DNA of 64,000 nucleotides from Heptranchias perlo (Eukaryota): assembly GCF_035084215.1 (NCBI RefSeq), contig NC_090358.1, positions 5,704,001 to 5,768,000 on the forward strand, in the 5' to 3' direction. The first letter of the stretch is position 1, and every line of letters starts with the position of its first letter. The notes under the pieces were generated by a model. The model was not told where the DNA came from, ran no database searches, and worked only from the letters and a program-made list of their open reading frames with translations. Positions 37,803-48,190 of the stretch are shown piece after piece. A program made the position numbers and the translations under genes.

Positions 37803-38249
37803 AATCGATGGGTTCACTTCACAGATTTGAGTTCTGCCAAATGCACAACGCAGAAATTAACCTTTTTTTTCAAGTTGGGAGCTATCTGAATGTTTGTGTC
37901 GACGCTGATGCGGCGTATCTTAGTTGACTGACAGCCCCCATTCTAAAACATTTTTTAATTAAACCAAAGCCGATGGTTTCGCAGTAGTGGGATTTTTTTT
38001 TGAGTTACTCAAATAGTTTTTTTCTCTCTCTCTTTCTGTCGGCAATTCGTTGAAACGGATGCACATTAAAAAAAAAACCCAACCACATGGTTGGTGACCT
38101 GAATCGTTTGATCCTTTGAAATAAACAGGAAGAGGAAGAGAAAAAAAAGGAAGCAAAAAAAATTGTTTAAAAATCCACTCCCCAGATCCCAGCTTGCAAT
38201 AAGCTTCACAAAAACGGGAGCTTACCTCCTAGTGACATGTCTTAAAGAT

Positions 38250-38779
38250 TTCTCTCTTTATTCTCTCTCTCTCTCTCTCTGGCCTGCACAAGGTGTAACT
38301 GGATGAAGCATCGCTTGATTGATGGAAAATGATGATTGACGTTAGCGAGCATCCCGTAGACAAACAGTTAATGTAAATATGCTCGCGCTAAGTGGGTGTG
38401 TCTTCCTATTATTTTAGCTGTCACTTGATCGATTTAAACGTATTCAACTAAGGATCAGTATCGCACCCATTGAGTTACCATGTGGTTGCTCTGTTGCATT
38501 AAGGAGAGGGGACAATTTGGGGACATGGATTTGCAAGACCTTCCCTGAAATACGCGAAACCTCTAAACACCCCTTTCCCAGAGAGAGAGAGAGCGAGGGG
38601 ACATAGGGATTACACACTGCAGGACAGGAGTTCTGGACCCCCCTCTCCCAACCTGCAAAAAGGAAAAAGGAACAGAGCTGTGATTACGACACCCTTCTGC
38701 CTCATGTCTCCCAGGCAGCAACTTTTATTTTCTGAAAATTGGAAGACAAGATTGTGTTCGGATTGATCAAACAAAGAAG
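38250..38779 (+). promoter_or_regulatory. Candidate SKOR1 promoter / first-exon region ending at donor AAG|gtaaag
   Basis: CpG-containing unique sequence, (CT)n and (GA)n tracts, PBX-HOX and MEIS-type motifs, splice donor at 38780. Confidence 0.4.
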
Positions 38780-39407
38780 GTAAAGTTTATCCTTTTTCTC
38801 TCTCGCAGGTGCTGGTGTGTGTGTGTGTGTGTGTGTGCGCACGAATTTAATTACGGTTCGCTTCCGTCTTATTAAAGTCGTGCATTCCTGGTGTATTCCG
38901 TGTAATTACACTTAATGTTCCGATCATTTAAGTGAGCCCGTTTTATTGGCTTGGGGTATGATTTTAACTTGTCACGTTTAAAGTTATCGCGTCTAATCCC
39001 TTTTAGGTTGGTTAACTGCGCAGGATCTTTGTTACCCCTTATAAATACATTTAAAGTCTTAAGTCAAGAATGCTTCACAAACAGCAGTTGTGATCTATAT
39101 TGCAGGAAGTACTCCCGATTTAAACCCATTCACTTATCTGATCCGGGCTGGCGATGTGATGTAAATACTAATTGACCGTATCAATCGTTATTGTAAAATC
39201 GCTGGAGTACTTAAACCGCGTCGCTCATCCTGTCTCTCTCTCCGTTTTTGGATTAAATACATTTAGCAAGATGATGTCTCGCAAGGATTACAGCGCGGCG
39301 GAAGCAAAATAAGTTTATTTAAAGTGCGTTTTTTTTTTATTATCTTGGTTTAAATATTGCGATAGTCACCACGGCTAAAAATACAATTTCTTCTCTCTGC
39401 ACCACAG

Positions 39408-39464
39408 AATAAACCTGTCCCTCAACACAAGGCTCTTCTTGAATCCTGAAGTGAGGCAGCGCAG
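39408..39464 (+). other. SKOR1: Candidate upstream (5'UTR) exon of SKOR1
   Basis: Polypyrimidine acceptor tttcttctctctgcaccacag| and donor CAG|gtagga, 57 nt. The acceptor at 40161 implies at least one upstream exon. Confidence 0.45.
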
Positions 39465-40170
39465 GTAGGAATTGTACAAGAATAACAAAAAAACAACTCC
39501 GATTCTTAAATGGAAGAATTCCGATTTTTTTTTACACAAGCATTAGTATTGCATATGTGGCGTCTGGCCTCGTTTTCTAAAAATCTAATTGAATATTACA
39601 ACAGTGTGGCGCTGGGTTTAGCAACTGGAGGAAGAAAGTGCTTATATTTTTTAAAAGGAAATAATATCACCGGATTTTACTTTTCATGTGGCAGTCAACA
39701 TATTACACAGAAAAGGAACTTGTGTCTGGGTAAATCAGTTGAAAATCCCTCATTATTTTCAAGGGGGAAATAATATTTTTCCTTTATTAAAACATTGTAA
39801 ATTTAGAGAGGATTGCTTGCAGTTAATAGTAATAAATTGCATTTTTTTAAAATTCTGATTGGGACGCAGCTTTAAATAATTTGGTATTTATATTTAGACA
39901 GCATTCTATATATTTACAAATGAGAACCTCGTTTATTTAGATCGGAAATATTTCTTTCAAATATCCCACAGTATGATGAATTATTTTAATTATTGGTACC
40001 AAATTGTTTGCACAGTTAATGCATGAGATAAGCTTTGAGTCGCAAAATGCTGTGCGTTTTAATCGGTTTTCATAAAATGACTAATCGCGGTTTGAAATGT
40101 AAAACATGTTTTTATATATATAAAATTTTTTGGCGCATTTTATTTCTATTTTCTCTACAGAATCTCCGGA

Positions 40171-41904
40171 ATGGAGAAGATTTCCAGTCAGCTGGGAGTA
40201 GTAAACGACACCGCCTCTTCTCCGAACTCGAAGCAGGAACTCCAGCCTTACAGCCAGCGTGAGCACCCCGGTTCCAGCAATCTGAAAGCCAACACAGTCG
40301 GGGAGGCCATTCTGTACGGGCTTCCTATTGTTTCATTGGTGATTGACGGCCAGGAGAGACTGTGCCTGGCCCAGATTTCAAACACCCTGCTGAAAAACTA
40401 TAGCTACAACGAGATCCACAATAGGAGGGTGGCCCTGGGTATCACTTGCGTCCAGTGCACTCCGGTCCAACTAGAGATCCTTCGCAGGGCCGGAGCTATG
40501 CCTATCTCCTCCAGAAGATGTGGCATGATCACTAAAAGAGAAGCGGAAAGGCTCTGCAAGTCTTTTCTAGGGGAGCACTCGCCTCCCAAACTGCCCGAGA
40601 ACTTTGCCTTTGATGTATCCCATGAGTGCGCCTGGGGTTGCCGCGGCAACTTCATCCCAGCAAGGTATAACAGCTCTCGAGCCAAGTGCATCAAATGCAG
40701 CTATTGTAATATGTACTTTTCTCCAAATAAATTCATCTTCCATTCTCACAGAGTCCCGGACGCTAAGTATACCCAACCAGACGCTGCTAACTTCAATTCT
40801 TGGCGAAGGCACCTCAAACTTTCAGACAAGACACCGTCTGACTATTTGGCCCACGCTTGGGAAGATGTCAAGGCAATGTTCAATGGAGGGAGCCGCAAAA
40901 GAACCCTCCCTAACCACGGATCCGGAGGGTCCTCTGCTCTGAAAGCTCACGGACCCAGCTCCATCCCTCCCAGGAATTCAGATATCCCCCACAAAGTCAT
41001 GAGGTGCGAAGACGAAGGACGCAGTTTGAACTTGGGGAGCAACGTCAGGAGTTACCCTGTCATCCCAGTACCCAGCAAGAGCTTCGGGATGCTGCAGAAG
41101 ATCCCTCCTCCCATGTTCCCGCATCCCTACGGATTCCCGACCTTTGGGCTGTGTCAGAAAAAGGACGACAGCAATGTGGTGGGAGAAAAAACGCAGGGAA
41201 GCTTGCCTGGCATGTTCTGGCCAGGTAGCAAGGACACTGTCTACCCATCTTTCCCAATGTTTTGGCCAGCTGCCGGTACTTTACCGGTGCCCCCGTACCC
41301 ACAAGCCCAGCCAAAAGTCACAGAGAATCCAAATGCCAGGCAGAATGAAATAGACGTGTCAGAGCAAAGTGACCGAAGTACCAACACTCCCAAGGACAGT
41401 TTGGCAGACAGTGAAAGGTGCTCAAGCACCCACTCCAGAAACGAGGAGGACAGATCGGGAGACGAGGCCAGGTCCATAGAAGGAATGTCCCTCACTCCTC
41501 GTAAACTCAACTACATCTCAGCCTTCCGACCGGTCGTCAAAGATGCGGAGAGCATCGCGAAACTTTATGGCAACAGAGAGGTGTACAACGGCGCAAGGCC
41601 AGGCTACGTTTCCCCGGATTTTATGAGCGAGAGTTCAAGCTTCAGGTCGGTGTCTCCGGATATGGACAGCGATGGAGAGGAGCCCGAGGTGGACGTGGAG
41701 TCGAACAGATGTCCAGAAGATGAACCTTCTCCAACTGTGGTGGAAAACGTCCAAGAGACAGAGATCCCTCCCCAAGAAACCCCCGCTAACCCAGAACCCA
41801 CACACGAAACATCGAACAAAGAGACCCTGGGAACACCCTTTGGCGAACAAGTAGCAGGAGAAGGCAGACAGGGCGAGCAAAGTGTGGAAGAGAAAAGTCA
41901 CGAG
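40171..41904 (+). CDS. SKOR1: SKOR1 coding exon 1 (aa 1-578): Ski/Sno/Dach (DHD) domain, SAND-like Smad4-binding domain, Pro-rich and acidic region
   Basis: ORF 40171 encodes SSPNSKQELQPYS...YGLPIVSLVIDGQERLCLAQISNTLLKNYSYNEIHNRRVALGITCVQCTPVQLEILRRAGAMPISSRRCGMITKREAERLCKSFL...HECAWGCRGNFIPARYNSSRAKCIKCSYC...FIFHSH, which matches recalled vertebrate SKOR1. Acceptor ttctctacag|AATC at 40160/40161 precedes the ATG. Donor GAG|gtagac after 41904 (phase 0). Confidence 0.96.
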
Positions 41905-42566
41905 GTAGACAACATTATTTTTGTCCTTTCTGAAATGTTAATTCTGTAATTTTAAAATGAAAAAACAATCTGTTCAAGATACCATCATATTCACTTTATA
42001 AAAGCCTGTCGAGATAAAAAAAATAAACAATTTGGAGAAATAGAAGATAAACTAAGATTATATATTTTGAATATATTAACAATAAGCTACAATTTTAATC
42101 AGAAGATTCATCAAAACCTAAAGACAATCCCGACACATGGTGCAGCCCTTCTGACACCTGAAAATTAACATCCAGACACATTTAAATAAGAGTAATTAAC
42201 CAAATTATAAGAACCTATTTAATGCAGCTGAAATTACGCCGATGCTGTAAATGTGGGACTGGAACCGCCAATGGGCGCTTGTGGGGTTCGGCTGCATTTT
42301 AATTTGAGTCATTTTCTTTCAAGTATCCATAATTGCATTTATTAAAACTAATGCACACAAATAGAATTTAATACCAACTAGAGGTTTGAAGATCACTTCT
42401 TTAAATCCCGGGGACTTTTCGGGGGAGGTCCCCTCGCTCTCGTTTTGTTGTCAACTAAAGGAGAGGGATTTTGAACAGGAGGCCTCGCATTAGGAAATGA
42501 ATATGGAGTGCAGTAACCAGCCTGTAGATATCTCTCTTATATGTTTATCTATTTATCTATCTGCAG

Positions 42567-42663
42567 GTGTTTTCACATGAACGAGAGGGTCATTTGCACA
42601 ATGTGGAAAATCCTTCCACGGTGGGTCTCGCGCCCACTTACATCTGCAGCGCAGATACAGCCG
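42567..42663 (+). CDS. SKOR1: SKOR1 coding exon 2 (VFSHEREGHLHNVENPSTVGLAPTYICSADTA)
   Basis: ctatctgcag|GTG ... GCCG|gtaaac; 97 nt, phase 0 to 1; resembles the human segment VYAPERDEHVK...YVC. Confidence 0.85.
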
Positions 42664-43145
42664 GTAAACCCTCCCCCCTTCTTGCATTAATCTAAGTGAC
42701 GGCGTGTTTCATTTTCAACAGAAACGTAAAACTTTCCTGAACTCTAATATGTTATGGTCATCTGTAGATGTGTGAAAAGTGAGAAGATTGAAATGAATGT
42801 CTACATAAAGAAACTGAGTTGCTTCTTGAACAGTTAGAGCTAATCCTCGGCGTTTAATGGTTAAAATTAAAAATAGTTACCGAGGTATTGATGTTATAAT
42901 AAAACAATTCGCATTTTTAATTTAAAAATTGTAGAGAATATGGAATAAAATGGGTAAAGGACAATTCTGTTGATAGAAAGGACCCTGCAATGAACTTGCA
43001 GAGTTGGCATTTTCTTTATTGGAAAGGTCCTTTGACAACTCCAGGCAATTATGGGGGCCGCTGATATGGGCTATTCGTTGTCAGTCTGGTAATTAGAATC
43101 ATATGTCGGTTGCTCACACTGAAAATCGGTTTGTTGTATTCCAAG

Positions 43146-43253
43146 ACCAAGATAAAGAAGACAATCAGTGCACGGCGGAGGACTCCGAGTCCAGGAAATC
43201 ATATCAGGAGCAGGGCAGCGTCTCCCAGGAAACCTCGGCGAGCACTGAGCGGG
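43146..43253 (+). CDS. SKOR1: SKOR1 coding exon 3 (DQDKEDNQCTAEDSESRKSYQEQGSVSQETSASTER)
   Basis: gtattccaag|AC ... CGGG|gtgagt; 108 nt, phase 1-1; resembles human EPDKEDNHS...RKSYPDQRSISQ. Confidence 0.88.
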
Positions 43254-44116
43254 GTGAGTGCCCTGTGCTTGGGACCAACGATTTAATAAAGGAATTTGTG
43301 TAGAAGTTGGTTCGAGTCAAACCAAATCGGATTGTTCCAATTTTTTACGAGAGCTTGTATTTGGCATTGAATGTAAAAATATGAAGATTATAATGTAAAC
43401 CACTGACAAGAAGGCCAAAGCTTGAATAAAAACAGTTACATATCAGTCATGTTACACATAACATGCATCAACAGTGCAATGCCCCATATGTTCGTTAGCA
43501 CATTATTCACCATTCCTGGGAGAGTGCAATTAAAGTATTGTTGCTCTGTATTTTGTTTGGTCATTTTAGTTTTCGAGCTCCTTAAGAGCATCCTAGACAA
43601 AGTTTCTTGTTCAATTAAATAAAGTTATTTGTTTCTTGTTCAATTAAACTTGCTCACCCTCCAGGTTTGTATAGAAAAGCACAACTCTTACTGGCCGAGT
43701 GGGTGCAGTAGAGATGTCCCAGTTTCACAATATTTACTATGATACTGTGTAATATATGTTAGGCTTCCTTTCTTTCTCGGTGAACGTCTGTGCTGCTATT
43801 TTTTTTAGTGAATGATGTTTTCTCCTATGGGATGTTAGTGACGCAAACACCTCGAATGTAGTGTTTACATTAAAGCCACCAGTTTTCGTGACCAATATTG
43901 TTTGTCTCAGATTCATCCATCTCACAACCCGTGACCTTAAAGTTTGCACCACACAGCATCCCATCCTCACCAATGAGCTCAGAAACTTTCCCCGCCGCTT
44001 TGTGGCGATGCTTTTACACTAGGTTTGAACAGATAGATACTGAAAAAAAACATTTTTTAAAGCAATCGTTCCCGCATAATGTATCTGACGAGGTTCATCT
44101 TATACCCTTCATACAG

Positions 44117-44188
44117 GTGAAGATGGGATTAGATTGGAGACCCCAAGGACCCAATTGGTCGAAAAAGACATTGAAAATATGGGGAAAG
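44117..44188 (+). CDS. SKOR1: SKOR1 coding exon 4 (GEDGIRLETPRTQLVEKDIENMGK)
   Basis: ttcatacag|GT ... AAAG|gtctga; 72 nt, phase 1-1; resembles human GEDGLTLDVTGTHLVEKDIENLAR. Confidence 0.88.
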
Positions 44189-45455
44189 GTCTGAATTCTG
44201 ACTTTTTATAATATTATATTCTGCATAGGAACCGAAACACGGGTTGATTCTATCAATTTCACCTTTACCTAGAATCCTATACATTTATAGTTGTCTTACT
44301 TGTAAAGAGTCGCACAGTTTATAGGATTTCAAAATCTTTGTTGCAGCAACGTGCAAGTGAATGAGAATCAGGATCCCTTTTACCATTTCATTCATTTAAT
44401 AGTTTGTCAACTTTTTCTTTCGAGCTAAGTCCCTCGTACATAACATCCCGAAATTTAAAGTTGGGACTGCAGTTTAAGGAAAGACAAACTTTAAAGGAAC
44501 GAACCAATTCCTTAGAACGAACCAAAGGCTTTAACAGTGCCTGCGCAGAAAGGAGCAAGCAATGAGAATTTCTGTAATTATGCACTCGGTTTATCGAGTT
44601 TAAATATAGTTTAGCAACATTTTTTATTCATTATTTTGCTTTAAAATAATTAGTGGGTGTCCCTGAATAGTCTCTCACCCCTAGGAGGAAAGTCACGGTC
44701 TCAAATCTTTAGTGTGTTTTAACATTTTGTTTTGCCGCCGTTTGATTTTCGAATTGCAGTACGAATTGAGTCCGGGAATAAGGTGGGGTTTTTTTTTGTA
44801 ACTGATGAGTTATACATAACCAACCTGTTCACTGGGTCCAAGCTGCGAAGAGTAACGGATCTAACCCGTCTCTTCTAAATTAATATGTAAGTTTTACGAT
44901 TTAGTCTTAGGTTTTGTAAATCGCTGCTGCCACGTTTTTATTTCTCTGGAGCTAATGGTTCTGCACCCGATGGGGAGTGTTAACGGGGCTGACATGTCAT
45001 TAAGCATCATTAATATGAATGCGCGCACCCTGGATGAATTAAGACGTGTTACCGCTATTGTACCTATTGGCAAGCAAATGAATGAAGATGCGGGGCACTT
45101 ATCGTGAATAATGCGCCGGTACATGTGGGTTAATGGTGACCGTGAGGTCCGTACTGACCAACGAGTAAGATGGTTAGTGAGAACAGCAGCGTGTATTATG
45201 GTTGATTAAACTACAGGAGGGTTGTTTTAATACTTGTGGCCTGAGATTCAGGTAACTCTCACCTGAAGTGAAACTTTACTTAAAAACAAAACTGCCACCC
45301 CTCACACAATGTTATCCTTTTGAATTTATAGACCAGATTAAAAAATGCCCTTCCTTTAATGAGTCATTCAGTGTCCCAGACAAATTCTCACAGCAGGTTT
45401 ATTTACAAATATGGAAGCGAGTTAAGACTCCTCACTCTCTGTATTCATATTTCAG

Positions 45456-45530
45456 AAGAATTACAAAAACTGCTTTTGGAACAGATGGATCTTAGGAAGA
45501 AGTTAGAACGGGAATTTCAGAGTTTGAAAG
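45456..45530 (+). CDS. SKOR1: SKOR1 coding exon 5, coiled coil (EELQKLLLEQMDLRKKLEREFQSLK)
   Basis: atatttcag|AA ... AAAG|gtatgt; 75 nt, phase 1-1; near-identical to the vertebrate SKOR1 coiled coil. Confidence 0.95.
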
Positions 45531-46056
45531 GTATGTCACTGTCACTCTGAAATTGTTATCGGGGGCAGAATGTTAACCCCGAGATATTACGTGAACTAAA
45601 ACGGTTTGCTTCAGAAAGATGACTAGCATTAATTACTGCTCCCAAATTCTGATGGATAAATCTGTTGTGACTTCAATTTGTTAACAAATTTATTGTTCTA
45701 CAAAAGCAGATGTGGATGATTGTATATTTAATTACCAAATCCTTTCAGGGAAAATAGTCTAAAGACAGTCAGGCTACAAATGTATTTTCATTCCCTTTCT
45801 CCACCTTTCGTAATATCATTCTATTGCATTTATATAGAGGCCAAAAATAGGACAGTTAGCCGCAATCATTGGGTGAGAAAAGAGAAGGGAATTAGTGACA
45901 GGTGCAACTACATGAGAGGGAAAAAAAAGTATTCGTTAATTGGGATTAAACCCAATAGACAAGGCGAAGAGGATCTTTTGAAATAAATCTGCTATAGATG
46001 GAACAAAAAGTGTGTCAATAAATATTCACTTGAAATCTGCCCTACTTTTTCTACAG

Positions 46057-46131
46057 ACAGTTTTCAGGATCAAATGAAGAGGGAATTGGCCTACAGAGAA
46101 GAAATGGTTCAACAGCTCCAAATCGTTAGAG
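46057..46131 (+). CDS. SKOR1: SKOR1 coding exon 6 (DSFQDQMKRELAYREEMVQQLQIVR)
   Basis: ttttctacag|AC ... AGAG|gtaaaa; 75 nt, phase 1-1. Confidence 0.95.
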
Positions 46132-46730
46132 GTAAAATGTAATCACGTGTCGGTGTTTATAGGCATGATCTGAGCACTCTCCAGTAAGCATTTCATTGAG
46201 TGCATTAAGACCATTTATAGTTAAATTATTTTTCAATAATTTCAATTGTAATAGCACTGACCTTTTATGTGTTACCGTGAAACGTGCCCATGCCTTCTCA
46301 GTACAGGCTGATTAGCCTCTGCGTTTGAATCCTATGTACAAACGGCTTGAAGGCATCATTACAAATAAATGATTGAATTTTTCTTCTACTGCAATTTTCA
46401 TGGTGCCTAAATTAAAAATCGAGGCGTAAAATTACCTGTGAAGTAGTGCCTAACTTTGGTTTAATTTTCAACTGGTTTTTTGCTTGCCTTCCAGCACAAT
46501 CCACCTTCATGGGGACAGAACATTGGCTGCGCCGTGGTTTTGTGTATACAAATCTAAACAGCGCATGATTTTGTCTGTTCATCTAGAACTCATTTGAGTT
46601 TGCAAGGCAGCTGAAGGGGAGAAAAGCATACAGCTGGGGTTGTTTTATTGAGACTCGCTGAAGTTCTCTCAGTTTTTGTTCAAGCATTTTTGCTGCTTTT
46701 CTCAGTGTCGGACTCATTTCGTTTTGACAG

Positions 46731-46796
46731 ACACGCTCTGCAATGAACTAGATCAAGAGAGGAAAGCCCGTTATGCGATCCAACAAAAGCTAAAAG
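46731..46796 (+). CDS. SKOR1: SKOR1 coding exon 7 (DTLCNELDQERKARYAIQQKLK)
   Basis: gttttgacag|AC ... AAAG|gtaatg; 66 nt, phase 1-1. Confidence 0.95.
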
Positions 46797-47129
46797 GTAA
46801 TGACTTCATCCCAATAATCTGAATGACACGGTCTTTATAAAAGGATTGACAATAGGCCGGAGCACAATCCTTAGTCTAACGGGAAAGGGTCTCAGGTGGA
46901 CGAAGAGAGAATGAGGAGTTGGAAGAAAAAAATGAGGAAAAACCGATATTAAGAGGAAGGATAGACAATATAAGGAGGCAGGTGGGAATAGAAATAAGTT
47001 AAGGGAAAGATGAATATGGTAAAAATGAGTTTAAAATACTGAATCGAGGACAAAGATCTGATCCGTTTTAGGTGGAAAAGTCATTGAAAGTAAAGGAAGA
47101 TAGAGCAGAATAATTGTATATTTATTAGG

Positions 47130-47370
47130 GGAGAGGGGGAGAATTTGTTTTACGCAGCGAATTTTTATGATGTGGAATGTACTGTCTGAAAGGAAGGTGG
47201 CAGCAGATTCAATAGTAACTTTCAAAAGGGAATTGGATAAATACTTGCAAAGGAAAAAAAATGCAAGTCTATGGGGAAAGAGCAAGGGAGAGTGGGACTA
47301 ATTGGATAGCTCTTTCAAAGAGCCGGCACGGGCACGATGGGCCGAATAGCCTCCTTCTGAGCTGTAAGTT
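47130..47370 (+). mobile_element. CR1 3' fragment in the last SKOR1 intron
   Basis: ttttacgcagcga...tggaatgtactgtctgaaagg...ttcaaaagggaattggataaatac...ggccgaatagcctccttctg. Confidence 0.8.
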
Positions 47371-47517
47371 GCCAATGATTTAAAAGGACGATTTAACAAT
47401 ATCATAAATATTGATTAAGTGCGCGCATCCAATCAAAGTCGATGAGAGAGATTTTAAAGATACATTGTGCCATTTTCTAATCATTTCTCTCTTACATTCC
47501 CATCTCTCTGCACCCAG

Positions 47518-47615
47518 AAGCACACGACGCTCTCCACCATTTCTCGTGTAAGATGCTGACCCCTCGACATTGCACTGGGAACTGTTCCTTCAAACCTCCT
47601 CTGCTCCCGCAGTGA
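47518..47615 (+). CDS. SKOR1: SKOR1 last coding exon (EAHDALHHFSCKMLTPRHCTGNCSFKPPLLPQ*)
   Basis: ctctgcacccag|AA ... TGA at 47613-47615; SKOR1-type C-terminus. Confidence 0.95.
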
Positions 47616-48190
47616 CAAACCAGCCGTTTACACAACAATGCAAGCGACGTTATAAAATAATATCCTTAGTACTGTAAATAATAATTTTAAAAAAGTTTTT
47701 AAATAAAAGGTGCGACCCAGGACACATGGAAGCCGGGGGGGGGGGGACCCAAACCACTGACAGCCAGGAGAGGTCCAGTGTACCTGTACTTATCGATGGA
47801 GATTGTGAATATAAATTCAAGGACTATAAGCACGAAATTTTCTATATGAAGAATGAATAGCTGACCTCAGGGTCACTGTTACAGACCTACCTGTTTGACT
47901 CAATGTCCACTTATTTAAAAAAATATTGTTCATAAGAAATAAGTGGTTATGTGCAATTTATCTTTATGTAATGTGATTTCGTTCGTACAGTATTTAATGG
48001 TTGTAATTTATTGATTTATTTATTATTTATTTGCCCTTATCCCGATATCTAAGGGGAAACAAAATTACCTTTGTATATTATCGATGTTATTAAAAGAGCA
48101 CTTTAAGAGGCAATTCAGTGTATAAAGATTCCGTTTGGAAAATCTGTTAAGTGATCTTGTTCTTAAAATAAAGTCGGCCTTAAACCGTTT
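47616..48190 (+). other. SKOR1: SKOR1 3'UTR with polyA signals AATAAA at 47702-47707 and 48167-48172
   Basis: AT-rich sequence after the stop codon; ATTTA cluster at about 48006-48031; two AATAAA hexamers. Confidence 0.6.

Noticed and set aside
37626-37889. ORFs containing X runs
   Set aside because: They span the assembly gap
40404-41901. Overlapping and antisense ORFs within SKOR1 exon 1
   Set aside because: Shadow ORFs of a GC-richer coding exon; no recognisable products
41905-41949. C-terminal VDNIIFVLSEMLIL* of the 592-aa ORF
   Set aside because: Intron read-through past the GAG|gtagac donor; the downstream exons supply the conserved C-terminus
43898-44116. Possible extra SKOR1 exon beginning at the acceptor at 43911
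   Set aside because: Neither the nearest donor (112-nt exon) nor read-through to 44188 preserves the frame; no homology recognised
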